Source: an uncultured Methanobacterium sp. (GTDB lineage Archaea; Methanobacteriota; Methanobacteria; Methanobacteriales; Methanobacteriaceae). Taken from it: DNA of 64,000 nucleotides. This document shows, one piece after another, positions 53,984 to 64,000 of the stretch; position 1 is the first letter of the stretch; the number at the start of each line of letters is the position of its first letter. Both the position numbers and the translations under genes were made by a program. The notes below the pieces were generated by a model. The model ran no database searches. It saw only the letters and a list, made by a program, of their open reading frames with translations, and was not told where the DNA came from. The stretch lies in assembly GCA_964447785.1 (NCBI GenBank), contig CAYUTW010000001.1, forward strand, positions 16,104-80,103, given 5' to 3'.

Positions 53984-54721
53984 ATGCGAAAAATATGGAT
54001 TTCATCAATATTACCTGTTTCAGTTCTTATAATCTGGGCCATCCTCACAACATTCACTGGATTAATACCTCCCTATTTCCTTCCTAGCCCATCCGAAGTA
54101 CTAAATTCATTCGAAGCACTTATAATGAATGGACAACTCATAACAGATACTTCACTTACTTTATTAAGAGTTATACTGGGATTAGCAGTTTCTGCATTGG
54201 TGGGTATTCCCCTGGGGATTATAATGGGCTGGTCCAAGACAGTGAATGATCTTTCCAGTCTTATGATAGGCATACTACGGCCCATTCCCCCCATCGCATG
54301 GATACCATTCGCTATTTTATGGTTCGGCGTGGGTCTGGAATCAGCCATTTTTATAATATTCGTTGGTAGCGTTTTCCCCATACTCATCAACACCATGGAC
54401 GGGGTTAAAAGAGTGGATAAAATCCTTTTGGAATCAGCTTACACCCTGGGAGCTAATCAAATGCAGACCCTCAGGAAAGTGGTGGTGCCTGCTTCTTTAC
54501 CCAGCATTGTAACCGGTTTAAAGGTGGGAGTGGGAGTTGGATTAATGTGTACTGTTGCCGCAGAGATGATAGGATCCAACAATGGACTTGGATACCTGAT
54601 ATTCACATCAACCAGCATGTTAGACACTGGAGGAGCTATTGTGGGAATGTTAGTCATAGGAGTTATAGGTTTAGGTGCGGATTACCTCTTTAGCAGAGTA
54701 GAGAAGGAGGTGAGCTGGTGA
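53984..54721 (+). CDS. NitT/TauT-family ABC transporter permease
   Basis: LPSPSEV, LRPIPPIAWIP, EAA-like ESAYTLGA, VAAEM..S..GLGY. Confidence 0.92.
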   Translation: MRKIWISSILPVSVLIIWAILTTFTGLIPPYFLPSPSEVLNSFEALIMNGQLITDTSLTLLRVILGLAVSALVGIPLGIIMGWSKTVNDLSSLMIGILRPIPPIAWIPFAILWFGVGLESAIFIIFVGSVFPILINTMDGVKRVDKILLESAYTLGANQMQTLRKVVVPASLPSIVTGLKVGVGVGLMCTVAAEMIGSNNGLGYLIFTSTSMLDTGGAIVGMLVIGVIGLGADYLFSRVEKEVSW

Positions 54722-55461
54722 TAACTCTAGAAAATGTTACTAAAAGTTTCACCCAGGAAGGGAATGAACAACTAGTTCTCCGAGATATTAATTTAAATGT
54801 GGATGAGGGTGAGTTTCTATGCATAGTAGGCCCTTCCGGTTGTGGTAAAACCACATTGCTCCGAATGATAGCTGGTCTGGATTTTCCAACCTCTGGCCAC
54901 TTAATGGAAGGAGAAAAGGAAATATTAGCCCCTAGTATTGAAAGAGGTTACGTATTTCAACAGTACTCCTTATTCCCATGGCTTAACGTCCTTGAAAATG
55001 TGACATTTGGATTGGAATTAAGGGGAATGGAAAAGACTGAAAGACAACATAAAGCTACAGAATACTTGAAAATGGTGGGTTTATCCCAATTCGAGAATAG
55101 TTATCCCAAAGAATTATCTGGAGGAATGAAACAGAGGGTTGCTATTGCCAGATCACTGGTCAACGATCCTAAAGTGCTTTTAATGGATGAACCATTCTCT
55201 GCTCTGGATGTGCAGACACGTCACAAACTCCAGGAGGAACTGGTGCGCATCTGGAAGGAAGAAAAGAAAACAGTTATATTCGTTACCCACAACGTGGATG
55301 AAGCTGTTTTCCTGGCTGATCGGGTGGTTGTTTTAAGCCGGAACCCCGGGAAAATAATTAAGAGTTTCCAAATTGAAATGGACCGAATGCGTGACAGGAA
55401 CACACCACAGTTTTTAGAACTTAAAACAGAAATTACCAGATTTTTAGATGTTGAATTGTGA
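54718..55461 (+). CDS. NitT/TauT-family ABC transporter ATP-binding protein
   Basis: GPSGCGKTT, LSGGMKQR, LLMDEPF; GTGA overlap with the permease. Confidence 0.93.
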   Translation: MITLENVTKSFTQEGNEQLVLRDINLNVDEGEFLCIVGPSGCGKTTLLRMIAGLDFPTSGHLMEGEKEILAPSIERGYVFQQYSLFPWLNVLENVTFGLELRGMEKTERQHKATEYLKMVGLSQFENSYPKELSGGMKQRVAIARSLVNDPKVLLMDEPFSALDVQTRHKLQEELVRIWKEEKKTVIFVTHNVDEAVFLADRVVVLSRNPGKIIKSFQIEMDRMRDRNTPQFLELKTEITRFLDVEL

Positions 55462-55694
55462 AGTTGTGTGCCTAAATTTTTTAGTTTTTTAAAAACCCAC
55501 ATCATGTGAAAAAATTTTTTTATTCTTGTTTATATTATCAAAAATTGATCACTAATTGTGTATTTAAGACCACAAATAGCAATGATTATATAGTGTTTTA
55601 GCCATCATATTTAAGTGAGAGAGAAGAACCCAAACTGAATAAAAGGTGCACCCTTACAGGTATTTCTCCTTAAAAAGTGATTAGGGGAGTAAAT

Positions 55695-55880
55695 ATGGAA
55701 AGAGTAAAAATAATGGAACATTCCAAAACAAACCGCTTTAAGAAAGAAAAACTCAATTGTGAAAAAGAAAATGAAAGACTAAGAGAATTTTCTTTAGAGC
55801 TTTTTAAGGAAGGCTACAAGCTAGGGTTTAAAAAAGGATATAATGAAGCCCTTGAAAAGTCTGAAAAAATTAATGGATAA
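55695..55880 (+). CDS. Small hypothetical protein
   Basis: ATG follows GGGGAG; EGYKLGFKKGYNE periodic Gly motif. Confidence 0.5.
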   Translation: MERVKIMEHSKTNRFKKEKLNCEKENERLREFSLELFKEGYKLGFKKGYNEALEKSEKING

Positions 55881-55899
55881 AAAAGAAAATTCCTTTAAT

Positions 55900-56589
55900 T
55901 TAACGCATCCCCAGGATTTCCATGACACTTTTTGAATTCTCTAAATTTTCCAAAACAAAATCAGCCCCTGTTTTTTCCAGATCATCTGTGGAGTATCTAC
56001 CAGTGGCCACGGCAATAGTACGGAGGTTGAATGGTTTAGCTGCTTCCACGTCACGGGGAGTGTCCCCAATTACAAATATTTGATCTCCCTTGAATCCATG
56101 TAGTTTGCGGGCGCGTTCCAGGGCTTTTTCCACCAGGCAAGGCCTTTTTGGACTGTCACTGCCAAAACCACCAAAGGAAAAATAACCATCAATTCCAGCT
56201 CTACCCAGCTTAGCGTAAGCAATTGGCTCTAAATTACCCGTTGTGAGACCTAAAAGAACTTTTTCTTTCATTAATTGATTTAAAAGATTTTCAACTCCCC
56301 CCAAGGCTATTACATTCTCCTGATGCACATTTGCAAGATAATCCTGGACCATGTAATCTAGACAATTCTGAAAGTTATCTTTGATGATTTTTTCAGGTAT
56401 TCCACCAAGCTCCAGGACTTCAAGCAATATTTGGGGGTCAGTTTTGCCAGCGTAGTTTATACCACTAATATCATCTTCCATACCATAGAACTTACTGACA
56501 GCATTCACAAAAGCCATGTAATGGCAGCGAGCACCATTCACCAGAGTCCCATCAACGTCAAACAGGGCTAAAATTCCATTATGAACCAT
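55900..56589 (-). CDS. HAD-superfamily hydrolase
   Basis: LFDVDGTL, TTGN, GDTPRD motifs. Confidence 0.9.
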   Translation of the reverse strand: MVHNGILALFDVDGTLVNGARCHYMAFVNAVSKFYGMEDDISGINYAGKTDPQILLEVLELGGIPEKIIKDNFQNCLDYMVQDYLANVHQENVIALGGVENLLNQLMKEKVLLGLTTGNLEPIAYAKLGRAGIDGYFSFGGFGSDSPKRPCLVEKALERARKLHGFKGDQIFVIGDTPRDVEAAKPFNLRTIAVATGRYSTDDLEKTGADFVLENLENSKSVMEILGMR

Positions 56590-56663
56590 CTAAATCTCCT
56601 TATTATTCGATTCATCAATTGATTTCATTGAAAATTAATATATTGATTTACCATAACCTATTA

Positions 56664-57959
56664 TCATTTAACTTGTAATAGGAGGTCTTCTGCAGCGTTA
56701 GTTGCCATTTCAATCACTTCAGTTTCATCAAGAACCAGGACTTCATTATCACGCATAAGAATTTGACCATTACATATAACCGTGCTCACATCTCCCCCTT
56801 CCGCAGCATAAACCAGATGAGAAACTGGATTTCTGTAAGGAGTCAGGTGAGGGGCTTTCATATCGACTAAGATGAGATCCGCTTTCTTACCTGCTTCAAT
56901 ACTTCCAATTTCATTTTCCATGCCCAGGGCAGTTGCACCATTGATTGTGGCCATTTCCAGCACTTTAGCTGCAGGTAAGACTGTTGGGTCAAGTGTACGG
57001 ACTTTTTGAAGTAGGCTGGTAGTTTTCATCTCCTGAAAGAGGTCCAAATTATTGTTAGATGCAACCCCATCAGTTCCTAAAGATACACAAACATCATTGG
57101 CTAATAAATCAGAAACAGGAGAGATACCTGATGCCAATTTCATGTTGCTCAGTGGATTATGAGATATTTTAACATTATTATCTTTAATTAAGGCTATTTC
57201 TGCTCCAGACAACCACACAGAATGTGCTGCTATCACATCAGGACCTAAAAAATTAATATCTTCCAAATACTCAAAAGGCCTCTTTTTCTTATGATTTAAA
57301 CTATCTTCAACTTCTTTTTCTGTTTCGGAAACGTGAATGTGAATTTTAAGTCCTTTTTCATCGGCTTTTTTCCTTGCCCAGTTTAAAAGTTCCGTTGAAC
57401 ACGTATAAGGTGTGTGAGGACCTAAAGCTACTTGAACCCTCCCATCAGCTGTGTTATGGCATTTATCAATGATACGCTGTGTTTCTTTATATTCGCCTTT
57501 TCTTTTCTCCTCGTCAAAAAGGTCGATCATCCCATGGCAAAGGAGTCCTCGTATACCCGATGCATCAATGGCCCGGGCCACTTCATCCATGAAAAAGTAC
57601 ATGTCATTACAAGTAGTGGTTCCTGATTTGATCATCTCCAGTGCTGCCAGAAGAGCACCAGCATAACAGTGCTCCCCATCCAAGTGTGCCTCTACTGGCC
57701 ATATATGATCATTTAGCCAGATATCCAGGGGTAAATCATCAGCTAACCCCCGCATTAGGTTCATGGAAAGATGGGTGTGCGTATTCACCAACCCTGGAAT
57801 TAAAACTTTCCCTTCACCATTTATAACTTCATCAGCACCTTTAAAACGTTTATTAGATGTTATGTCAACGATTTTGTCGTCTTCTATAAGTACTGATCCT
57901 TTTTTAACTTCATTGTCAACGATGGTAGTGTTTTTTATTAGAATACTCTGGGTTTCCAT
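56664..57959 (-). CDS. 5'-deoxyadenosine / MTA-SAH deaminase (DadD/MtaD family)
   Basis: PGLVNTHTH, PHTPYTC, HIHVSET, AAHSV, HNP.SNMKLASG, LGTDG.ASNN. Confidence 0.88.
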   Translation of the reverse strand: METQSILIKNTTIVDNEVKKGSVLIEDDKIVDITSNKRFKGADEVINGEGKVLIPGLVNTHTHLSMNLMRGLADDLPLDIWLNDHIWPVEAHLDGEHCYAGALLAALEMIKSGTTTCNDMYFFMDEVARAIDASGIRGLLCHGMIDLFDEEKRKGEYKETQRIIDKCHNTADGRVQVALGPHTPYTCSTELLNWARKKADEKGLKIHIHVSETEKEVEDSLNHKKKRPFEYLEDINFLGPDVIAAHSVWLSGAEIALIKDNNVKISHNPLSNMKLASGISPVSDLLANDVCVSLGTDGVASNNNLDLFQEMKTTSLLQKVRTLDPTVLPAAKVLEMATINGATALGMENEIGSIEAGKKADLILVDMKAPHLTPYRNPVSHLVYAAEGGDVSTVICNGQILMRDNEVLVLDETEVIEMATNAAEDLLLQVK

Positions 57960-58158
57960 GGGACCACCTATCTATAATAAGATTGAGGAAAATAACATAA
58001 ATATTATCTGAAGTACATAATTACTGAAATCTATCAGTGCAATGGACCTATTTGAGGTTAGTTTAGATCATTTTTACAGCATAATGTTTTGATGCAAGTA
58101 GTTTTATGTGCACTTATTAAAGTTTTTAACTTAAAGTTTTAGTTCAGGAGGATTTTTG

Positions 58159-59019
58159 ATGGAAATAAAAATAGCCCTTCCATCCAAGGGAAGGATAAGC
58201 GACCCTGCAGTGAAACTCTTGTCCAAAGCAGGGATTGGATTGAAGGATGCAGTTAACCGAAGGCTTTTTTCAGAAACATACGATGAACAGATTAGTGTTA
58301 TGTTCACCAGAGCCGCTGACATCCCGGAATTTGTGGCGGATGGTGCTGCTGACCTGGGAATGACTGGACTGGATTTAATTGAAGAAAAAGAAGCTCATGT
58401 GAAGATATTGGAAGATCTTGGTTTCGGTAAATCAAAACTGGTACTGGCTGCCCCTGAAGAGTCTAACATCAAAAAACTAATAGATATTAAGGAAGGATCA
58501 ATTGTTGCCACAGAATTCCCCCACTTGACAGAGAAACATCTTCAAACAAATGGAATTCAGGTTAAGATAGTGGAACTCAGTGGTTCAACTGAAATAGCTC
58601 CCTTCATTGGGGTATCAGACCTCATTGCTGATCTCACCAGCACTGGAACCACCATGAAAATGAATCATCTGCAGATGGTAGACACTATTCTGGAAAGTTC
58701 TGTGCACCTCATAGCTAATCCTAAAAGCTATCAGGAGAAAAAAGAGAAAATTGAGGAGATTAGAACTGGAATACGTGGCGTGCTGGATGCTGAAGGTAAG
58801 AAACTGGTAATGATGAATGTGGATGAAGACGCTCTTGATGAAGTAAAAAATGCCATGCCAGGTATGAGTGGACCCACTGTCTCCCAGGTTCTTTCAAATA
58901 ACGGAGTGGTGGCCGTACACGCCGTAGTTAGCGAAAATGAAGTATTCAAAGTGGTTAATCATCTGAAGAAGATTGGAGCCAGGGATATTCTAGTGGTTCC
59001 CATTGAGAGAATCATTTAA
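58159..59019 (+). CDS. hisG: ATP phosphoribosyltransferase, long form
   Basis: ALPSKGR, RAADIP, GSTEIAP, D..STGTT, C-terminal regulatory domain PGMSGPT. Confidence 0.97.
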   Translation: MEIKIALPSKGRISDPAVKLLSKAGIGLKDAVNRRLFSETYDEQISVMFTRAADIPEFVADGAADLGMTGLDLIEEKEAHVKILEDLGFGKSKLVLAAPEESNIKKLIDIKEGSIVATEFPHLTEKHLQTNGIQVKIVELSGSTEIAPFIGVSDLIADLTSTGTTMKMNHLQMVDTILESSVHLIANPKSYQEKKEKIEEIRTGIRGVLDAEGKKLVMMNVDEDALDEVKNAMPGMSGPTVSQVLSNNGVVAVHAVVSENEVFKVVNHLKKIGARDILVVPIERII

Positions 59020-59080
59020 ATTCACCCATAATGAATGAGATTTAGTTTACTTTTTTTATTAAGCTAAGGGCAGTGATTAG

Positions 59081-59857
59081 ATGAAACTTACAAGATTCCT
59101 AAAGAATGATGAAGAAAAAAATGGAGTGGTCATCAATGGCGGGCTGGTGGAAATACCTCATTCTTTGCTTGAAGCATCCCAATCACCCTTTGATAATCTT
59201 GAAAGGAAGGATTTTTACTCGATGAATGAAGTTAAGATTCTCCCTCCAGTTCAGCCTAGTAAAATAGTGTGTGTGGGTTTAAATTACAGGGACCATGCTG
59301 AAGAATTGAACATGACCATCCCTGAGGAACCTATACTGTTTTTAAAACCTCCTACCACAGTTATTGGCCATGATGACAGTATTATATACCCCCCTCAATC
59401 TCGTCAAGTGGATTATGAGGCTGAACTAGCTGTGGTAATAGGCCAAAAAACCCGTTTTGTTAGAAGTGCAGATGCATTAGATCATGTAGCTGGTTATACA
59501 ATTTTAAACGATGTAACAGCCAGAGACTTGCAACAAAAAGATGGTCAGTGGACTCGTGCTAAGAGTTTTGATACTTTCTGCCCAATTGGGCCTTGGATAG
59601 AAACCGAACTAAACCCATCCAATCAAAAAATATGTATGAAGGTTAACGGCGAAATTAAACAGGATTCCAATACTAAAAATATGATATTCCCTCCTGAAGA
59701 GTTAATAAGCTTTATATCAAACATCATGACCCTTCAACCAGGTGATGTGATTGCCACTGGCACTCCTCCCGGTGTGGGAGCCATGCAGGTGGGAGATATA
59801 GCTGAAGTGAATGTAAAAGGAATTGGGATTCTTAAAAATAATATTATAAACTATTAA
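59081..59857 (+). CDS. Fumarylacetoacetate hydrolase family protein
   Basis: KIVCVGLNY, DYEAEL, NDVTARD, KSFDTFCP.GP, GDVIATGTP.GVG. Confidence 0.93.
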   Translation: MKLTRFLKNDEEKNGVVINGGLVEIPHSLLEASQSPFDNLERKDFYSMNEVKILPPVQPSKIVCVGLNYRDHAEELNMTIPEEPILFLKPPTTVIGHDDSIIYPPQSRQVDYEAELAVVIGQKTRFVRSADALDHVAGYTILNDVTARDLQQKDGQWTRAKSFDTFCPIGPWIETELNPSNQKICMKVNGEIKQDSNTKNMIFPPEELISFISNIMTLQPGDVIATGTPPGVGAMQVGDIAEVNVKGIGILKNNIINY

Positions 59858-59874
59858 ATGGACATATCCTTAAT

Positions 59875-60795
59875 TTATGCATGCCACGCACGCATCACAA
59901 AATCAGCACTTTTTTCAAGATAATCTCCTTCAAATCCATTTAATAACATTCTGTTGACACTTTTTCTGATCTTAAAACCTTTTTCTGATAGTAAATCAGC
60001 TAAATTCTGATACCGAGTATTTATTTCAAGTAAGACTTCACCATCAGGATTTTTATCCCGGAAAAAACGAATTCCTTCCAATAGAACCTCCTTCTGACAG
60101 TTATTGGGTTTAATAGCACCCCATAAATGGAGAAAAACAATGGAATAATAAGCCAGGAATCCCAATGGCTCGTTTTCCTGACTGATGATGATTATTTCAC
60201 CACCACCCTCGTTGATCATCTCCAAATCATTTCGGTAACTGATTCCATTGAGATCATGGCGAGTCCACTGTTCTATGTTTTCTAAAAACATTTTCCTCTG
60301 ATTCTTTGGGATTTTAGAATATATTTCCAGTTGATAAAAATTCCCATCACACCCCTTCACATTATCTTCAGATGTTTTACAGGTTTCGAATTTTGCTGGA
60401 ACTTCCAGTATCAAAGAGGGAAATGCAGAATGAAATCCCAGTTTATAGTAAAGACCCAAATTGTTTCCAGCTTCTGGGCGTACTTCTAAACCTATAACCT
60501 TACAACGACCTTTTAAATAATCCAAACTATGTTGTATGAGTTTTTGACCCCATCCTTGCCCATGTAATGATGGTTTGATTCCCACTGGACCCAAATAACC
60601 CTCATCTCCCATGGTTTTACTGAAAGAATAGCCCAGTATTTCAGTTCCATCAATGAGCACAAAGCATCCCCCAGGGTCTCTTTCCCTTAGACCCTTAAGG
60701 TTTGATACAGTACGTGGTTCCTCCCTTTCAAAGGCAACCTGGTCTATTTCAAGAACGTCTTCCAGATGAATGTCCTTCATTAGTGCGATTTTCAA
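59875..60795 (-). CDS. GNAT family N-acetyltransferase (tandem GNAT-like)
   Basis: GPVGIKPSLHGQGWG motif A; LYYKLGF. Confidence 0.8.
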   Translation of the reverse strand: MKIALMKDIHLEDVLEIDQVAFEREEPRTVSNLKGLRERDPGGCFVLIDGTEILGYSFSKTMGDEGYLGPVGIKPSLHGQGWGQKLIQHSLDYLKGRCKVIGLEVRPEAGNNLGLYYKLGFHSAFPSLILEVPAKFETCKTSEDNVKGCDGNFYQLEIYSKIPKNQRKMFLENIEQWTRHDLNGISYRNDLEMINEGGGEIIIISQENEPLGFLAYYSIVFLHLWGAIKPNNCQKEVLLEGIRFFRDKNPDGEVLLEINTRYQNLADLLSEKGFKIRKSVNRMLLNGFEGDYLEKSADFVMRAWHA

Positions 60796-60924
60796 TCATA
60801 ACACCTGCAAAAGGTAATGGTAATGGTATCGCCCATTAAATAGTAAATCCTTTAAATAAGAATAAATCCCTTAAATGAAAATTACTCACTTAAAGGACTT
60901 CTTATATTTTTTTAATCTAGTATT

Positions 60925-63780
60925 TTATTCAATATACAGCGCGGGTTTATATGGAATGGCGTTTTTGGCCTTGTTTTTCGGATCATGGGTTGGTTCCTGA
61001 TATATTATGACTTGGGCACCAGCTTCTCTGGCAATAAAGTCCACTGCATCGTCCAGGAGTCGTTTTTCATCCACATGCCCCACATAATTTATTTTTGTCA
61101 TTTCACGGGCTATTTTCTGGGCAAATCCAGCCAGTTCTTTTTTATTATCATGGACATTCTCTTTAATGGCCTGCCCCATGATACGACCAATATCTGGTTT
61201 TCCAACTTGGCGGGCAATGTCAAAAACATCCCATTTCCATTCAGGAGCCAAGTAAACATGTATTTTCTCACCTTGGCTCTGTGTTATTTTTTTAATCTCC
61301 CTTATATCATCAACCAGCCCCTGGATAATCTCCTCACCCTTGTGTACCTTCTCATCGATAGAATTTTCATCATATTCGGGCCATGGTGCTTCTGATGCGA
61401 ATCCTTGACCCCCGTGTCTAGCCCACAGCTCTTCACAAGCATGAGGTGTGAATGGAGCCATTAAACGCACCCATATTCCCAGAACGTAAGCTAAAACATG
61501 AGTGATTTCCTCTTTACCATCCCCTTCATTGAGTTCATGGTCGACTCGATGTAGGTAATGATCTATGTCCTTTTTAAATAGGAATAATGATTCCTGAAGC
61601 GCTTTTCTGGTCTGGAATCCTTCTAATGCCTGGGTAGCGTCCCGAACTCGCTGGTTAACCTGGCTTATCATCCAAGCATTTATGGATTTATCAACGGCTG
61701 GAGCTTCATTGTAGTCACTTAACTGGATCTGGGAACCATGAAGTTCATCGACCATCTCAGCAAATCCCATGAACCATTCTAAACGTTTTTTTGTTCCAAT
61801 AACCTCTTTATCTCTCCAGTCAAAGTCCTGCCATGGCTCAGCAGATGACATGAGGAACAACCGGACCACATCGGCACCATGGACTTTTATAGCATCCTCC
61901 AGAAGGATTATATTTCCTTTAGAAGAGGACATCTTATTGCCCTCCATGAGACCCATTCCAAAGACCACCACACCTTGAGGCCTTTTTTCCTCAGGGAATA
62001 TTGCGGAATGATGGAATAAATGGAACGAAAGGTGGTTCCCCACCAGATCTTTGGCCGATAATCTCCAGTCCAATGGATACCAGTAGTTGAATTCCTCCTT
62101 CATACCAGTTGGAATGTTAGTTTTGTCGGTTTTCTTATCCAGGAATATATGGTCCAAGAATTCTTCATCCATCTCATCAGGGTCAACATCCTTGAGATAA
62201 GGGGCTATTGTGTAATAGCTCATGTAGATTGTTGAATCACTGAGTGGTTCGATTAACCATTGAGGATCCCAGGGTAAAGGTGTTCCCAACCCTATTCGTC
62301 TGGCGCAGGCCCAGTCATGCAACCAGTTGAGGTAATATTCAAAGTTTGATCTTATCTCCCCAGGTACAGTTTTCATGCCTTCCAGGCAGTTGAGGGTGTT
62401 TTCTGTCCATTCTTCATCGGAATACTTGAGGAACCACTGGTTGTCCAGGATCTTTACCACACATTCTGTACCACAACGACATATGACTGGTTTTTCAGCG
62501 AATTCATGCATTAAGTCCCCCTTACCACTTTCCAGGAGATTTTCCTTAAGGGCATCCCTTGCTTCAGGGACCCTTAAACCAGAATAACCAGTTAAATGTT
62601 CATCCATAACTCCCTTGGCGTGTTCCAGTTTGTACATTTCATTGGTAGCTTCTTTGAGTTTGGAGTCTTCCTGGCTTTTAACACCCATTTTTTCAATCAT
62701 TTCCACTGCAGGGTGTTTCCCGAATCCTTTAAGGCGTATTAGCCCTATAGGTTGGATTTTCTCCACTTCATCCTTTATATCATATTTTTCCAGAGTTTCA
62801 GAGTCATTTTTAAGATCAGTCAGGGCTATGTAATCTGCTGGAGCATGTGCCGGTACCGAGTAGACCACCCCAGTCGCATAATCAGGGTCTACGAATGAAG
62901 CTGGTAGAATAATGTGTTTTTCACCCGTAATTGGATTTTCAACGTATTTTCCTATTAATTCAGGTGATTCTACTTCTTCCACTAACTCCAAATCAGTTTT
63001 CTGATTTAAAAGATTATAATATGCCTTTTTACTGATAATCCATTCTTCCCCACTACTTTTGATCTTAACGTATTCTTCAGCAGGATTCAACCACAGATTG
63101 GTGGCTCCAAAAAGGGTTTCCGGACGAAAAGTAGCGGCAACTAAATATGTTTCACCCATTTTAAACTTTATAAGAGTTAATTCATTGATGGCTACTCCTT
63201 CTCCTTCCAGAAGGTCATGATCTCCCACTGGATTCTCATCATCGGGACAGTACTTAACTGGGTGGGCTCCTCTTCGCACTAAGCCTTTTTGGTTAAGTTT
63301 TTCGAACTGCCAAGTTATGAATTTCTGGTAATGAGGATCTATGGTGGTAAATTCACGCCTCCAATCAATTGAGTAACCTAATTGAGTCATTACCCGATGA
63401 TATTCCTCGCTGAAGTATTTTACAATATAATGAGGATCTGTGAATTTTTCAAGCTCTTCTAAAGGCACTTTGTGAACGTTCTGATAAATATCAAGAGTCC
63501 AGGGGTCTTTCCTTCCAATACGTTTGGCTATTCCTATTACTGGTGCCCCGGTTACGTGCCACCCCATGGGGAATAACACATTGTAGCCCTGCATTCTTTT
63601 GAAACGGGCGTAAACATCAGGTACTGTGTATGTACGACCATGACCCACATGCATAGCCCCACTAGGGTATGGGTAAGCTACTGTTAAAAAAATTTTTTCT
63701 CGGTTATCGGGGTTAGATTGAAATAACTTTGCCTCTTTCCATTTTTTCTGCCATTTATCCTCTATTTTAATGTCTGTCAC
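60925..63780 (-). CDS. leuS: Leucine--tRNA ligase (archaeal type)
   Basis: [12 protein letters not shown] (HIGH motif), KMSSS, CP1 editing motif [10 protein letters not shown]-terminal [11 protein letters not shown]. Confidence 0.97.
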   Translation of the reverse strand: MTDIKIEDKWQKKWKEAKLFQSNPDNREKIFLTVAYPYPSGAMHVGHGRTYTVPDVYARFKRMQGYNVLFPMGWHVTGAPVIGIAKRIGRKDPWTLDIYQNVHKVPLEELEKFTDPHYIVKYFSEEYHRVMTQLGYSIDWRREFTTIDPHYQKFITWQFEKLNQKGLVRRGAHPVKYCPDDENPVGDHDLLEGEGVAINELTLIKFKMGETYLVAATFRPETLFGATNLWLNPAEEYVKIKSSGEEWIISKKAYYNLLNQKTDLELVEEVESPELIGKYVENPITGEKHIILPASFVDPDYATGVVYSVPAHAPADYIALTDLKNDSETLEKYDIKDEVEKIQPIGLIRLKGFGKHPAVEMIEKMGVKSQEDSKLKEATNEMYKLEHAKGVMDEHLTGYSGLRVPEARDALKENLLESGKGDLMHEFAEKPVICRCGTECVVKILDNQWFLKYSDEEWTENTLNCLEGMKTVPGEIRSNFEYYLNWLHDWACARRIGLGTPLPWDPQWLIEPLSDSTIYMSYYTIAPYLKDVDPDEMDEEFLDHIFLDKKTDKTNIPTGMKEEFNYWYPLDWRLSAKDLVGNHLSFHLFHHSAIFPEEKRPQGVVVFGMGLMEGNKMSSSKGNIILLEDAIKVHGADVVRLFLMSSAEPWQDFDWRDKEVIGTKKRLEWFMGFAEMVDELHGSQIQLSDYNEAPAVDKSINAWMISQVNQRVRDATQALEGFQTRKALQESLFLFKKDIDHYLHRVDHELNEGDGKEEITHVLAYVLGIWVRLMAPFTPHACEELWARHGGQGFASEAPWPEYDENSIDEKVHKGEEIIQGLVDDIREIKKITQSQGEKIHVYLAPEWKWDVFDIARQVGKPDIGRIMGQAIKENVHDNKKELAGFAQKIAREMTKINYVGHVDEKRLLDDAVDFIAREAGAQVIIYQEPTHDPKNKAKNAIPYKPALYIE

Positions 63781-63888
63781 TTCATCACCACATTATTAAG
63801 TTTGATTCTGTAAAATTGGATTATTCATCTAATCTGTATCTTTAAGCAAATTCAATTAATTATTAAATAATTAAAAATGATTATTTTA

Positions 63889-63999
63889 TCATTCCAGTGC
63901 GTTTTCCAGCCAATTCAAATAGTCTTTTGATCCTTTTTTTATCTGGATTTCCAGTGCACATGGTGTTTGATAGCTGTGAATTTCTATAACCCTATCTAT
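63889..63999 (-). CDS. cutA: C-terminus of divalent-cation tolerance protein CutA (truncated by the window edge; not in the ORF track)
   Basis: Hand translation ...IDRVIEIHSYQTPCALEIQIKKGSKDYLNWLENALE*, matching the CutA H.Y..P...G...YL.W pattern. Confidence 0.8.
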   Translation of the reverse strand: MDRVIEIHSYQTPCALEIQIKKGSKDYLNWLENALE

Positions 64000-64000
64000 A

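Overview
A 64 kb stretch of chromosome from a hydrogenotrophic methanogenic archaeon, most likely Methanobacterium or another member of the Methanobacteriales. Evidence for this: Fwd operon, class I LysRS, PolD large subunit, coenzyme F390 synthetase, Sec61beta, TATA-type promoters and GGTGA/GGAGG ribosome-binding sites (RBS). The first ~17.4 kb is a Mo/W-pterin locus: an oxyanion ABC ATPase, two DUF2097-like genes, fwdFGDBAC, a ModE-like regulator, mobB, moaA, a HydB/NuoF-like flavoprotein with a formate dehydrogenase alpha subunit, and CMD-fdhD. The rest mixes housekeeping genes (hxlB, thiC, lysS, nrdD, PolD DP2, secG, purB, truD, hisF, ftsA, hisG, leuS, cutA) with accessory or uncharacterised genes: a UGSC-type two-gene pair, triple-repeat membrane proteins, four tandem DUF5518-like genes, copA with a YHS protein, a NitT/TauT ABC transporter, and several small ORFs missed by the ORF track. 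I found no rRNA, tRNA, CRISPR array or mobile element. The best new signal is a near-identical promoter with a TGTGT-N5-ACACA palindrome in front of both the fwd operon and a distant HTH-ferredoxin (FwdH-like) gene. This suggests an Fe-S redox-sensing regulator of the first step of methanogenesis. All family names come from motif recognition; no database searches were run.
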